A stretch of 64,000 nt of DNA from Leucoraja ocellata (lineage: Eukaryota), in NCBI GenBank assembly GCA_036785375.1, contig JAWMAR010000063.1, positions 6,386,001 to 6,450,000 on the forward strand, read 5' to 3'. The position numbers and the translations under genes are program-made. Positions 1 through 14,777 of this stretch are shown in pieces. Below the pieces are notes generated by a model. The model saw only the letters and a list, made by a program, of their open reading frames with translations. It did no database searches and had not been told where the DNA came from. Numbering within the stretch: the stretch's first letter is position 1; the number at the start of each line of letters is the position of its first letter.

Positions 1-300
1 CTCCGTTCTTCAATCTTTCATTCATTGTTCTTTCATCATCGTCTATATCTCTCATTTCGCTTATTCCTAACCAGTCTGAAGAAGAGTCTCAACCCAAAAC
101 ATCACCCACTCCTTCTCTCCAGAGATGCTGCCTGTCCCGCTGAGTTATTCCAGCTTTGTGTCTATGGACAGATACATGGATAGGAAAGGTTTAGAGGGAT
201 ACGGGCCAAACGCAGAGAGGTGGGTCAAGTGTCGATGGGGCAGCTAGGTCTGCATGAGCAGGTTGGGCCAAACGGCCTGTTTCCATATTGTATGCCTCCA
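1..300 (+). repeat. PLE terminal fragment (1-165) joined to a CR1-type 3' end (165-300)
   Basis: Similar to 37620-37785 and to the CR1 3' ends elsewhere in the window. Confidence 0.65.
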
Positions 301-3300
301 TTTACACCAATCTTAAACTAATTTCATTTTATTCCCCAATGCTCCCCAGGTACTATTTAACATTTTGTCTTTCCTGAATACATATCGCAGCACAACCTCC
401 TTTAAGTTTATGTGTATGTATAATATTCATTATCTTCTTTAATGTTTCTTGCAGATTTAATTTTCTTTACTCCTTGTTGCCTACCTAATGACTTTGCTCA
501 TTTCTTTCCAAATCCTTTTAAATTCTTCCCAACTGCGGTTCGCATTGTTGTGCTTGTCCTTAAACTCCAGTTTTTCTTCCTGTTAAATTACCTATGACAT
601 AATTTGTGCTTACTTCATTATTTTCAGTAGTTGTTTATGCCCTGAACTGTTAAATGCTATTTCAATTAATTCCAATTGCCACATTTTTTAATTTTGGAAC
701 AAGGGTGATGAAAAAAATCAGCACGTGTCATTCAACCTATGCCTACTTGTGAATCATGTACAAATTCTGATGCTGATATGGATTCCCTTGAGAATAATTT
801 GCCATAAAATTCAGATAATAATGGACTCCAAAATTAGGGGAGGTAGTTCACCCACTCTGGTCAATAAGGACCACCAGGTTATCGAAGACAGGATCTTGGT
901 GATATTTATTCCACTGAACACATGGGATTGATAGATTGTTGGTGATATTTGGTTTATATCTGACATGAGATCTGAATGTTACATGTCCCATTGACAATCA
1001 CAAATTCTACATCACATCAGTCCATGCACGAGTGCTGACCAGGTGAATGAATGAATATTTTATTGCCACACATACTTCGGTGCAGAAGTGCTTTGTTTTG
1101 CATACAGCCTCAGCAGTGCACGTGGAAAACAGACCATGGCAGCGATGTGGAGAAGATCACCGACAAAGTTATGAAAGTACCCGACAGACAGAAAGTACCC
1201 CCCCCCCCCCTCCCCCTCCCCCCCAATTGTTCTCGGCGGTACACCTCGCTCTCAACATCCACTCTCTCAGCGGCGCAGCTTCCATCTGTGCAAGACTTGA
1301 GTTACTCGGTTAATTCATATATATGCCCAAGAATACGAAGGTATTTAGGAAAAATGGGGGCAAAGCCAGGTACATCGAGCTAGACTAAATCACGATCTAC
1401 CTGTGCCAAATGTCTACATGTGCTAAATGGTCCATCTGCTTTTCTCCAATCATGATTTATGGACATAACCAGCAATACTTTGTGATGACTATTTTAGACT
1501 CTTGAATAATGCCTTATATTCTCAGGAGGCAATGGTGAGCTGCCTTGTTTAACCACTGCTGTCTGTACCGTAGTGAAGCTACTCTAATGCTTACGTCAGT
1601 GTCAGGATATTAACCCAGTGACAACAAAGAAATGGCAATGGTCTTCCAGGACAGGGTGATTCGAGAGGAATAGAGGGACTTCAGCCACTGACAGTTACAT
1701 CAGTTCCTTTGTTTGTTCAGGCTTTGGAGAAGTGATTCTATATCTATCTAAGACCTTGTGGGAAGACAGTATAGGATTGGATGAAATGTGAAATTAGCGA
1801 GTTCCCGTACCTGATAATTGGTGACTTCATCTCTGATGATTCAGTGGAACTGGCTGTCAAACTATGATCTAACCGTGCGTAACTACTTGGATCCATAACA
1901 ATGCACTAATGTTCTACAAAAGGGATGGGAGAATAAAACATGGTACAATTTGAAAGGATAGAGAAAACTCGGGGACTCAGAGTCAAAGTACCTTTGTTGT
2001 AAAGGTCAATCATTTTTTTTTTCATTTAAGCATTTAGTAACAAGTGGTTGTAACTAAATAACAAATATCTGTATTTAAAATTAAACCTCTACTACCAACT
2101 TGAGCACAATCTGGCCTCAAATTTAAGTGCAGTATTGAGGTACTATCTTTCAGATGAGGCATCAATAGATCCCATGGAACAAAATGAAATTGAAAGTTTT
2201 AGCAATGCTCATAAAGGGCTTACCTAGTCAATCATGAACTATGTGAATATGAGATCTCGATTTGTGTCATCTGGGTGCTGCATTTATAACTGTTTAAAAG
2301 TTAATATTTCTAGTGTAAATCATTGGTTTTAATTCCTCTGCGGCACTTAATATAACCTTTAGTTTAACCAGGCTTTCAAATCTTTGTCCTTAAATTTCAT
2401 TAAGTGACTTAGTGTCAGAACTTGAGAAACTCAGTGGGTCATTCAGCATCAAGGCTTCAGCATCTGCAGTTCCTTGTGTCTCCAGTGTCGGAACATATCT
2501 GGTAGCATTCTTTATTAAGGATGCATGTCAAATGCAAATAGCTGATATAACATACATTCTTTCAGTGATGAAATAATACGAATTTATCCAAGCTTTTCCT
2601 TAAATATTTCTGAGTGCTATCGAACAGCTTTGGCACGTCGCGTTACCACCATTATTTGAACTTTTGTCACCTGGGTATTTCAACAGTTGTTTTACACGTG
2701 TTGACATTAAATTTCAACTGCCATTTCTCCACAAAGCATAATTTATCTAACTTGCTCTTTATAATTCCCAAGCAGATTGATGCAATTTTCATCGATTTAA
2801 ATTGAGTTTCAAAATCTAAATCATTCAGATATTGATGTAAGCTCTTATGAAACCCTTGGGCATCTTCCTTAATTGATTGCCCACTACTGATAATGCCATG
2901 TCTCTGCTCTATTGTTTATACTTGGGCAGTTTCTTCAGGATTTTTGTATGATATTCATTTTCGAGCATATTCAAAGTACAGTGTATTTCTAGTTCTTTTT
3001 AAAAAGTTGCATTTACATGGTGCCTTGTTACATCACCAGAATGCTTGAAAGCACTTTAGAAATAGAATAGAATGCCTTTTATTGTCATTCAAACAGCTTG
3101 GTCTGAACAAAATTGCATTTTCTACAGTCTTAACAATTACAAAAAAAAACAAGACCACACTTTACATAAACATCCATCACAGTGAATCTCCAACACTGAC
3201 TTGACTACTGCAACTAATCTGCCAATTGTCTCCTGTAACAAGCAATCATTAAATAAAACAAGGTCGAATTTGTTCATTTATTTTAAGTTCTGACTTTAAG

Positions 3301-4599
3301 ACAAAAGAATAATTTTAACTGGTATGGCACAACCATTACTTATAATTAACAAAAAAAGGAGAGCAGCTGGAGGAATTCAATGGGTCAAGCAGCATCTCTG
3401 GAGGGCAAATGGATAATCAAGGTTTCAATTGAGTTTGTTTTCAAAGGTATTTTGAGATTTTAGACATTTTTAGGATCACACCCACAAAAAGCACACTGTT
3501 CCACAAACAATCCAGTTGGCATCAAGTAACTGATGCTTTAGTTTGTTTCGCCTGGAATGGAAGGCATTATTGTAAGGAGAATTGTGCTGCATGCAGTTAG
3601 TGTCTCAGGTTAAAGACCCTTTGTCAGAAAGAGGAAAGGGAAAAAATAGAGGACCACGGGAAAAGAATCATGGAATTATGATAAAAATAAGCCTGGCGGC
3701 AAAAGAAAATGGTCAGCCCAGACAACTGGATCTTTGGGAAGAGGTAGAAACAGACCATGGCAGTGATGTAGAGAAGATCACCTGCGAAATTTAGGTCAGG
3801 ACTGCCTGGCAGGAAATGAGCTGCTTTTTAGTGATGGAGCCATGGTCCAGAGAGAGGCATAAGGAGGTGGTTGAGAACTGATATTTGTAAGAGCAAGACA
3901 GAGGTCAGTTTGCCAAACCACACAACATTATCCTCGTCAACAGGTCTGATAATGACACTAGGGTCACTCCTGACTAAACAAAGTGCTGCAAGTTCAGAAA
4001 GATTAGGTTACAATGTGTAAGTATAGTGGAAATATTGAGACAGTCAATGTTACAGTATCAGTTTACAATGAGATAAAAGCACTGGGTCTGGAAGCACTTA
4101 CGGTGAGAGAAAGTCAAAATTTCAGTTATCATGATCATTCTAATGAAAGATCATCAACCCTAAAAGCTGTCTGTTTCGCTCACTCAAGATGCTGCTTCAC
4201 CTACCGACTACTTTTGGCATTATCAGTTTTTGTTTCAGATTTCCAGGATTACTTTTGAAACGAATCAAAATAAAAATGACACCAGTCATCAATTTAACAA
4301 TTAACACATTTCCCAATTTTACCAATGCAAAGAAACCCAAGGATGAAATCTAATGAATAGCATTTGAATAAATACCACTCAATTTTTCATGCGATCAACG
4401 TTTGATTCTACAATTACTATCGAGTTGAACTGCACTCTTATGATTTTATAACATTTGCACTAAGTTCAATTTTAGATGAAAATGCTTAATAGCCATCAAA
4501 TTTTGGAATCAGCATGATGGAGGTAGTCAAGTCAAGTCAAGTTTATTCGTCACATACACATACGAAATGTACAGTGAAATGAGAGGGTATGGTGAGGGT

Positions 4600-6577
4600 A
4601 TGTCACTCCGCAACAACCCAGATTGGGTTATCAAACCAGCCGACAAGGGAGGTGCCGTGGTAGTCTGGCGTGTCGATCTCTACAAAGCTGAGGCCACGAG
4701 CCAACTCTCGGACACCTCCTCCTACTTACCCCTGGGCCATGACGCCACTGACGAGCACCAGGCCACCATCTCTAGCACTATCACCGACTTCATCAAATCC
4801 CACGCCTTGCTCGACCGAGCCTCCAACCTCATCGTTCCCCAGCCCCGCACGGCTCGATTTTACCTTCTCCCCAAAATCCACAAACCCGACTGTCCCGGTA
4901 GACCCATTGTCTCTGCCTGTTCGTGCCCCACCAAACTCATCTCCACTTACCTTGACTCCATCCTATCCCCCTTGGTTAAATCCCTTCCTACCTATGTTCA
5001 AGACACCTCAGACACTCTCCTCCGCCTCCTCGCATTCCATTCTCTAGGCCCTCACCCCCTCATCTTCACCATGGACGTCCAGTCACTCTACACCTCCATC
5101 CCCCACCAGGATGGTCTCAAAGCCCTCCAGTTCTTCCTCGACCAGAGAAGCAACCTATACCCAGCCACTGACACTCTCCTCCGCCCAGCGGAGTTGGTCC
5201 TTACCTTCAATAACTTCACGTTTGACTCCTCCCATTTTCTCCAAATACAAGACGTAGCTATGGGCACACGCATGGGCCCCAGCTATGCCTGCCTATTTGT
5301 CGGTTGGTTAAGTCGAGCAATCCTTGTTCAATACATACCAGGGCCCCATCCCCGACCTCTACCTCCGTTACATCGACGACTGCTTTGGTGCCACCTCCTG
5401 CACCCACACACAACTGACTGACTTCATCCACTTCACCACCAACTTCCATCCGGCACTCAAATACACCTGGACTATTTCCGACACTTCCCTACCATTCCTT
5501 GACCTCACTATCTCCATTGCAGGTGATAGACTTCTGACCGACATCCACTATAAACCCACTGACTCCCATGGCTATCTGGACTACACTTCTTCCCACCCTG
5601 CTTCCCCTACGCCCAATTCCTCCGCCTACGCCGCATCTGCTCCCAGGAGGAGGTGTTCCACACCAGGGCATCTGAAGAATGAGGACATTTCAGGGAATGG
5701 GGGTTACCCTCCTCCACCATAGATGAGGCTCACACCAGGGTTTCTTCCATATCCCACAACACTGCTCTCTCCCCATCCCCACTTGCAACAAGGGCAGAGA
5801 CCCCCTAGTCCTCACCTTTCACCCCACCAGCCGTCACATACAAGTAATCCTCCGTCTGTTTCGCCACCTACAACGTGACCCCACCACTCGCCACATTTTC
5901 CCATCTCCCCCCATGTCTGCTTTCCGCAAAGACCGCTCCCTCCGCAACTCCCTTGTCAATTCTTCCCTTCCCTCCCGTACCACCCCCTCCCCGGGCACTT
6001 TCCGTTGCAACCGCAAGAAATGCAACACCTGTCCCTTTACCTCCCCCCTCGACTCCATTCAAGGACCCAAGCAGTCGTTCCAGGTGTGACAGAGGTTCAC
6101 CTGTATCTCCTCCAACCTCATCTACTGCATCCGCTGCTCTAGATGTCAGCTGATCTACATCAGTGAGACTAAGCGGAGGTTGGGCGTTCGTTTTGCCGAA
6201 CACCTCCGCTCGGTCCGCAAGAACCTACCTGACCTCCCAGTGGCTCAGCACTTCAACTCCCCCTCCCATTCCCCGTCCGACCTCTCTGTCCTGGGTCTCC
6301 TCCATGGCCAGAGTGAGCAACACCGGAAATTGGAGGAACAGCACCTTGGGGAGTCTGCATCCTGCGGGGATGAACATTGAATTCTCCCAATTTTGTTAGC
6401 ACTTGCTGTCTCCTCCCCTTCCTCAGCCCTCAGGCTCCTCCTCCTCCTTTTTCCTTCCTTCTCCCCGCCACCCCCTATCAGTCTGAAGAAGGGTTTTGGC
6501 CCGAAACGTTGCCCATTTCCTTCGCTCCATAGATGCTGCTGCACCCGCTGAGTTTCTCCAGCATTTTTGTGTACCTA
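4600..6577 (+). mobile_element. Penelope-like retroelement (Neptune-type), 5'-truncated and frameshifted: RT + Cys linker + GIY-YIG endonuclease + pLTR
   Basis: RT motifs KPADKGGAVVV, FYLLPKIHK, PGRPIVS, MDVQSLYTSIP, AMGTRMGP and RYIDD. Linker CNRKKCNTC. Endonuclease LIYCIRC..YISETKR..RFAEH..VAQHFN. Confidence 0.92.
6483..6510 (+). ncRNA. Minimal hammerhead-like motif in the PLE pLTR
   Basis: CUGAAGA-A-GGGUUUUGGCCC-GAAAC-GUU. Confidence 0.55.
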
Positions 6578-7569
6578 AAGAAGTTAGTCATGGTCAGAGG
6601 TACAGTCAATACACATTACTACAGGATGCGTCTGAGTTTGTCTCTTGTCAACCCACCACAGGACGGGGGGGGGGGGAAAGCACCTCACCTGTGCAACGAT
6701 CTACGAAGAGACGGGCAACACCCTTGGACAGGCACAACTTTATGGCACGACCCCAATATCGGCTGAAAGGATTACACCACCTACAGGTGGCACCTGATCC
6801 ATTGACCCTATACAAGCTTCATCAGGATGGTTGTCAATTATGAGAGTGAGAACTGGTGGCCATACCTTTGGTTTGGTGGACTTTGTGGTACTGTGATACA
6901 TTATGGCTCTATCATTCCGCTAATTACTGCTCTAATACTTGCGTCCATTGTGTGTACCTACAGAGGACTGTGAATGTTATCATGTTTGATCAAAAGGAGG
7001 GAATGAAAGAGCTAATAGTCAAATCTAAATCTAAAATGGAGTCGTTCTTCTACAAAAGCTTGGACTAGTAGAACAAAAGAATGACTCGGTGCCAAGTCTG
7101 AATGACTTTGTAAATTATATGGAACACAATATGGAGGACAGGTTGTCAACAATAAATACAGTAAGATGACAGCCTGCAGTAATTACATGTGCTTCTTTTC
7201 AAGGCCATAAAGAAGCCAAGATGAAAAAAATAGCCAGCGCTCCAGAGGTAAGTAATAACTTGTTATTGGATGAGCTTGATTTGGACCCAGCTTTCCTATA
7301 TTGTGAAAGGCTACAGAATATTTAAGTCATGCCATATTCAGACTTGGTAGGAGCGTTTTACTGATAAGAAAAATGTATAATTGTGCTAACTCTCCTTTGT
7401 TCTGTGAGAGGGAGCCCAAGAAGCACTGAGCAACGTTTGTACTCATTGTAGATCTTTGCCACCCGTCTGACGAATCAATTAAAGATTGCCACGGTTTGCC
7501 TTTAACAGTTTTTTGTTGCTATCTGCTTTAAGAAATGTACTTTGACAAGGGGGAAACTGGACCGGTTCT

Positions 7570-8295
7570 CGATGCTGCACATACACAGACCCGCGCCTCA
7601 TCCGCAGCCAGGATCGAACCCCTGTCCCGCAAGCGCTGCCGAACCGCCACTGGACCGTACCCCCGAGTGTCTCATTCTCGCCCAGGAGGGCGGCTGGAGA
7701 CATCCGGACCAACGGGATGCCGGCCCGGAGCAGCAGCTCTACAGCAAGGATGGTCCCAGGCCTACAGCAAGCATGGAGAAGCGCCAACCCCAGCTCAACT
7801 CCATGCCCACCGTCCCAACAGACAGCCCCAGACCGACGGGACAGCGGCCCACAGCCAGCGCAGAGAAGCGCCAACTCCAGCCCAACCTCGTTCCAACTCC
7901 CGAGGAACCTACTCCCTGACGAGGCGGGCACCCCCGGGCCCACCCACCACCAGCCAACCCCCCTGGTGCCGGCTGCAGGTCCGTGACCGCCACTGCTCCA
8001 GGCCTGCGCCCCGGCTGCCGTCCAACCCGACTGAATAGGCAGAGCCGGGCTGGAGACAGTGTCTCCCACTCGCGCCGGCTGCAAGCCCAGGGCCATCCTG
8101 GCAGGGACGGGACACACGGGAGGGGACTGCCCAGCAGCAACTCAACAGTGCCCGCAGCGCAGGAGACCCGGGCCCGATCCTGAACACGGACGAAATGCAG
8201 GCCTGCACACAACGCAGCACCACAGCTGCCAAGAATGTTTATAGCAAGTGACCTATGATCTGGGCATGCGCAGTCAGAATACCAAACTTGCTTAT
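7570..8295. mobile_element. Second copy of the GC-rich foldback element
   Basis: The right end (8100-8295) aligns with 10510-10710 and the left part is inverted relative to it. A third fragment lies at 16184-16290. Confidence 0.7.
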
Positions 8296-9429
8296 ATAAA
8301 TTGGTTTAAAGGATCTAAATTCTACTTCAGTTCTGTTAAATATCGTTACAAGATATGCATAGAAAAAAAAGTTTTTATTATGAAGTGCAAAAAGACCACA
8401 GAATGCTTTGGATTTCATAGTCCTTTGCTGATAACACAAAGTGGGCATTTTATTCCATCCATTATTGAAACAGAATTAAAAGGAAGTTTTCCAGCACAGC
8501 AAGGAAAAATGTGACATTAAAATTGCTCAGCAGAGATTGTGAAACTATGAGCAAATAAAATAGCAATTTCAAAACAAAGAATAGATGTTGCAAAACATTT
8601 TGAGAATTGCAACAATTGAAATAAGAACAGTTACAGAAACACTGAGATGTCCACTTTAATTATTTTAGCATAGACTTTGTTTAACTTACCTCCCTGGGAA
8701 ACTAAACCACTCTTCTCCAAGGATACACTTCTAATCTAAATCAAGTCACTAATCAATGATCTGGTTACCTGATCAGGGACAGTGAGCAATTACTGATTAT
8801 TGTATATTTGTTTTGTTGTGTACTGCATTAATTGGCCTGTAAATCTGCAAAAAGAAAGAATTTCAATGTTCTATCCCCAGTACATATGACAATTAAACAC
8901 TGTTGACAATCCTAATGTGATGTTCAAGGTGGATGAGAAGATTGCTTTTGCTCAAGGTAATCAAATAGCAAAGCAACTTAGCTGGGTCAGTTGGGGTGGG
9001 GAAACTGAATAAAAGCAGAACATCTTGTTTTTAAAAGTTTCATCCCCCTGCGCACCTCTCAACAATTAACTTTGATCACTTTTTCAAAACATTAAGTCAC
9101 CAACAATAATACAATTTTCCTATTTACTTTACTTCCAAAATACATAATCGGATGTAAAGCACAAGGCTGTGTTATGCAGAATGTGCAACCATGAGAAACA
9201 TTAACAAACAAAATCAAGGATATTTTTAAAATGCATAAAGCAGAAGTAGATAACAAAAGTGTAGTTTCCATTAGAAACCAATTGTGACTTGGGTGTGAAG
9301 GCAGAAGATGTGTACATTTCTGAATAAATACATTGCATCACTCTTCACAGAAGAGCGGAACGATTACAGCAAGGGGAAACACTAATATTGTTAGTGAGGG
9401 ACAGTGAGCAAGTAACCGACTCATTTCCA

Positions 9430-9840
9430 GACACCCTGAAGTTTCCCAGCATCTACAAGACAGTCATAAACTATCCACTTGCCTGGAAACTGTAACTCCA
9501 CCAACATTTAAGAAACTTGTCATCACCCAGATTAAAGCAACTTGCTTGATTGCTCCCTCATCTATCACAGGGGCACAGTGAGTACCATCCACAAAATGCA
9601 CGCAGCTTGGATTTCTCTGAAAGAACGGTCTCAATCCATAACCACTCATTTAAGATGATCAAGGATCCAAGTCCCACACCATCCTGATTGGAAACATCAC
9701 TTTTCCTTCATCACTGGGGTCAAATCCTGGAATTCCCTACTCAGCATGACATGACGAGGACTACAATAATTCAAGGTATTGGCAATTAAGAATGGGCAAT
9801 AAATGTGGTCCTTGCCAGTGACATATCGATCCAAATAAAT
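9430..9840 (+). mobile_element. Ancient non-LTR retrotransposon 3' remnant
   Basis: Degenerate IYK..YPLAW..PTFKKL..QIKATCLI, ending GGCAATTAAGAATGGGCAATAAATG. A related end lies at ~22790-22880. Confidence 0.45.
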
Positions 9841-9902
9841 AGAAACGCTTCTCCGCTAATCTTACTCTCACCAATTAGATTAACCATATAAAGTTTGGAA
9901 GA

Positions 9903-10710
9903 ATAAGTGAGTTCGGTAGTCCGAAAAACGCAAGGAATCATGGGATTTTTCAACGATCACTCGCGATAAACATTCTCGGCAACTATGCTGCTGCTTGTGT
10001 ACAGACCTGCGTTTCATCCGTAATCAGGATCAAATCGGGTCTCCGGCGCTGCAAGTGCTGTTGAATTCCTACTGGACCGTCCCAGTCCCCTCCCGAGTGT
10101 CCCATCCCTGTCAGGGGGTGGCCGGAGATGTCTGCGGTGACCCTGGATTGGCGGGACACTGGCCCGCAGCAGTGGCAGCCCAGGCTTAAAGCCAGCACGG
10201 AGAAGAAGAGCTAACTCCAGCTCAACACTGCCTCTCCCACCGGGCTAACTGACAGCCCTGGACTGACGTGACACCGACCCGGAGCAGTGAAGTTAGCGCT
10301 TCTTCTCCGTGCTGGCTGTAAGCTTGGACCGCCACTGCTCCGGGCCGGTGTCCCGTCAGTCCAGGGCTGTCGGTTAACCCGGTGGGACAGGCGGATTTGA
10401 GCTGGGGTTAGCGCTTCTTCTCCATGCTGACTGTAAACCTGGGCCACCACTGCTCCGGGCCGGTGTCCCGTCCATCCAGGGTCACCCCGGACATCTCCAG
10501 CTGACCATGGACAGGCATGGGAGACTCGGTATGGGACGGGAATGGTCTAGTAGTAGTTCAACAGCGCTTGCAATGCCGGAGACACGTGTTCAATCCCGAC
10601 TACGGATGAAACGCAGGTCTGTATACATGCAGCAGCACAGCTGCCGAGAATGTTTATCGCGAGTGACCTATGACCTGGGCATGGGCAGTCGGAATACCAA
10701 ACACGCTTAT
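9903..10710. mobile_element. GC-rich foldback/MITE-like element, superfamily unassigned
   Basis: Imperfect long inverted arms (ATAAGTGAGTTCGGTAGTCCG...CGGAATACCAAACACGCTTAT; 9957-10115 vs 10510-10668). Confidence 0.75.
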
Positions 10711-13387
10711 AAGAGGGGATATTTCATTGAAAGAAACAATATATTTCAAGAGTCAAGCAAGCCGTTTTCCCCAAATTGGTCAAAATATACCCATCACCAA
10801 TGTTACCATTCTTCTTGGCAAACACCCAAACCAAAACTAGTCTAATTCATCACTGTGGTATCACATCTGAACCTGGGATGAGTTCATGACCAAACAAATT
10901 CCTAATCATAAGTGTACCAATGGCCATCCTTATAATACTACCAGACCCTATCCATGTTTCAACTAATCTGCTGTTAAATTCTCATCATATCTATGGCAAT
11001 ACCAGACTTGACTAACCCAATACATCATTAACTGACCTCCTTCAAACCAGGTCATCCAAAACTTTGCTGCCCATCTTAACTTTCACCCGTCCTTGTTGAT
11101 TTAGGATAACTCCATTAAGATTTTTTTTTTGTAATTTCCTTCCCCCTTTCATATCTCTCAACCCTCAATCCCCTTAACCTATTGTCCTCTTTATTTTCTC
11201 CAGTTTTAAAAATATTTGAAATGTATGCATTTCTCCAATGTTGGCCTTCTGAACTTTAATTGTTGCACTAGTGGCAGTCTATGCCCTTAGTTTTGATATT
11301 CCTTTGGTATAAAGCTCTTTTCTTCTGCTCCTTTTTTAAAAATCACATGCTTTATCTATGGCTCGGTAGCAAATTGTGCTTGCTAACATGACTCGGGAGT
11401 ATCCAGGGACATTTCTCCATGTTAAAAGTTCCACACAAATGGATGTTGTTGTTTTTGATGCTTGCAGGTGAAGTCACTCTGGGATACTTGAGCTTCTTGC
11501 AGCATCTGATTACAGAGAAACACTCCAAGCACAACACCTGCTCACACACTGAAGAGATATTAAAAACTCATTCTTCCACCCTACTCTTTAAAAAAAACAA
11601 ATTCTCCAAGATGTGCAGCATTTTATTTTCATTTCAGGCTTCCACCACCAGCAATCTTCAAGCATTTATCTGTAACACACCCAATACACAATGGAAGCCT
11701 GAAAGAACTCGGCTAGTCTGCCCTACAGATCATTCTAAATCTATCCTCAATTGATCTGCACAAGGATACATTTCCAGGCAAGATCATTGGAAAGTGGGCT
11801 GGATATTTCTTTATTTACACCCAAGGGTCATTGCCCAAGCAGCTTGTTGCTTTCTCAGGACAGAATTAAATGAGGCAAGAAACCACTAGGGCTAGATGGC
11901 TGGAGAATGGTTTATCATTTTATCCCCTTAAGCAAATCAGTTTTTCTTGTATAAAGCAACACAGATCAATAATCTATTACTCTCTCCAGCTTTTGGACCC
12001 CTGCAAATATTGTCCTATACAAGACATGCCTCTTAATACACTAGAGAAAAACATAATTGTTATAATCGCCAATATAGTTGTTCAAACAAGCAAAAGTGTT
12101 CAAATGACCTAGGGCATAGGCAAGGCATAAAAAGACCACCAAAAAGTAAGTGCCATACAGGCTCAGATAATTCAAGACAAAGATTGACAGATGTTTGGAT
12201 GTTAAAGGAATCAAGGGATGTAGGTCAGCATAACAAACCAGTGCCTTTGGATAGTTAGCCATACTCTTATTGAATGGCTGCACAAGGGGGACAAATGACA
12301 TACACCTGCTTCTATGTTCGAATACAGAAGGAGAAGCATGATTGTATCTTGTGGGAATGAATAGAACAGAAAATAAATTAAAGGATCTCTGAGGTCATGG
12401 AAACAGCCTGGTAAAAGGTCATGGTTAGGAATGATAGTACCAAAAGCAGGATTAAAAGGTATTAGATAAGTTAAATGTTTACTAGTCATAAAAACAGGTG
12501 ATTCTCTGGAAATACTCAGGTTAGACAGCTTCTGTGGAAAAAGGGACAGAGGTAATGCTTCACGTCACAGACCGTTTGTTAAATCTCTGATGTAAACTCA
12601 GTTTCTTCTTCCACAGTTGCTGCCTGACCTGCTGAGTATTTCCATAATTTCTCATTGTATTTCTGATTCCCAGCATCTGCTAACCCCCATACCCACCACC
12701 CTACCAAAGGCTGTTTACAAGATTGCAAATTTAAAAATAATACTACAGGGATCAAAATTAATACATTTAATAAAACTAAAGCAGGTATCATTTTCCCCAA
12801 TTCCAGTTGATATACATTCAAATTCAAAGAATCATCCATACGTGAATAAAGCCAGAGGACATGGAATCAAAAATATTGATGAAATAAAATCTGATAATTG
12901 TATGCTGATTAGTCTAATATACTAAAGGGAGCTATGATGAAAGGAACACAAAATTAATGAGGCCATCTAGAAAATGAACATAACAAAAAAACCCCAGGCT
13001 TTACCAAAGCTCTACATAGGTCCTCTATGATAATTATTTGAACTACCAATGAAAAAAATGATTCATTTAAAGTTAAGTATCACAAGTAGGCTCACGATAA
13101 AGATAAGGCATATACATTTGAGATTATCAATGATGAATGACTAGATTGGCTAAAAAGTAGTATTCCTGCTAATCTGCTAAAGCATCATACAACTGTCACC
13201 TAAGAGTTAAAAAAAAAGTGGTATTGTAGTAGTATTATAGCAGCATGATTCTCAGCTGAAGACTGTTCCATTTGAGCATTGATGGTCTTGTAGTCATGAT
13301 GGCACGGATAAGGACAAGGATGTCAAAGAAACTCGTATCTTGAAAGTTAAGATTTTATTACTGTTTTGGTATTTGAGAAGCAAAGTA

Positions 13388-14122
13388 CAGGTGCACAACC
13401 TTTTATCCGAAAGCCTTGGGACCAGACACTTCTCGGATTTCGGAATTTTTCGGATGTCGGAATGGAAGATTTTTAGCGTAGAATAGGTAGGTAGCGCGGG
13501 CGGCCTGGAAAGTCTTGGAAAGTCTGGAGCGGCTGCCTCCTCCCTGGGGAATCATTGTAAATCATTGCTTAAATGTTAGTCAGTTAGTTTGGAGGGGTTT
13601 TATGTGGTGAAGGGGGGGGGGGGGGTGGGAGGTGAAGGGGGAAACTTTAATTCTTAGTCCCCTACCTGGACGGAGAGGCGGGGAGCGGGCAATGCCTTTC
13701 TGGGTCGCCGTGCCGTAAGCTTCGGAGCGCTGTGGCCGCCGACTCCCAACATCGCGGAGCTGGGGCTGCGTGCGCCGGCCGCGGGCGGCACTGGAATTGG
13801 AGCGCCGCGGAGCCAGGGATCGAGTATTAAAGTTCTCTGGAGAATTAAAGTTTCCCCCTTCACACCCCCCCCCCCCCCCCCCCCCCCCCCACCACATAAA
13901 AGCCCTCCAAACTAACATTTAAGCAATGATTTACAGATGTTTAAGTGTCTCCCGGAAGGAGGCAGCCGCTACAGTAGTACACACCTGGGTTGACCGTGGA
14001 TCGTTTCGGGTCAAGTTTGGCACCAAACGCGAGCTTTGGTGTGCAGACGACATCCTGGAAAAAATGTCCGGGTTTCGGAGCTTTTCGGTTTCCAGAATTT
14101 CGGATAAAAGGTTGTGCACCTG
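13388..14122. mobile_element. Tc1/mariner-type (pogo/Tigger-like) MITE
   Basis: Perfect 25-bp TIRs (CAGGTGCACAACCTTTTATCCGAAA) with TA on both sides. A second, internal inverted repeat spans ~13540-13655 / 13840-13970. Confidence 0.9.
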
Positions 14123-14777
14123 TAATTCCAATTAATTTGAATTCAATGTGATTTCAACCGTTTATATGTGGATGTGTTTTGGGATGACACTGCTTCAATA
14201 AAATAATCACTTATTGCTGATCAACAAGAATTAAAAAAAAAAAAAACTGGTGCAATGAATCCACCACACATGAAAAGCTCCAGTAATAGTGTTGCATCTT
14301 GTTTTTCTTTCAAGGGGAAAAGAATGGTTGCCTGGGATAAAGGCCTTTTAAACCTCAGGAATTCCCAGAAGAGAATATTGTGATCCCAACTGTGCTGCAG
14401 GTGGTGAGTACATTATAAACCAATGGCAAACCACTTGGCAAATGTACAGCGTGAGAATGGAGCGGGTGACGCAGAGAAATTAAGTCATTTTGAAAAAATA
14501 TTCATTGAATCATGTAACTGCAACAGTACACTTTAAAATCTTCACTTTCCATGGACTAAGTAGTTTGAAACCCATTGCATTTCCGTTGATATAAAAAGCA
14601 CAAAAATATACTGCAACTTGCATCAAGTGGAGACAAAGAATAATTTCAAATAATTGCTACTTCCACCATTACCTGTCACTAAAATCCCATCATTCAAGTG
14701 TTATAGATTCTGAGCTTTGTTGCTAAGTGAGATACAAGATCACAACTAAATGTTAAACTGCCTAACAATTTCTCTCT

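Noticed and set aside
6087-6089. In-frame TGA in the Cys-rich PLE linker as possible selenocysteine
   Set aside because: It sits at an Arg-type position (VRQRF/VRQRI in the copies at ~37267 and ~49312), not a Cys position. A CGA-to-TGA decay explains it.
7479-8244. Many overlapping 100-200 aa ORFs
   Set aside because: They are a by-product of a GC-rich palindromic repeat and show no recognisable protein motif.
13610-13890. Long G and C runs as functional G-quadruplexes (also ~1200, 33210, 41190, 52400)
   Set aside because: They are homopolymers inside repeats, their length is error-prone, and there is no independent support.
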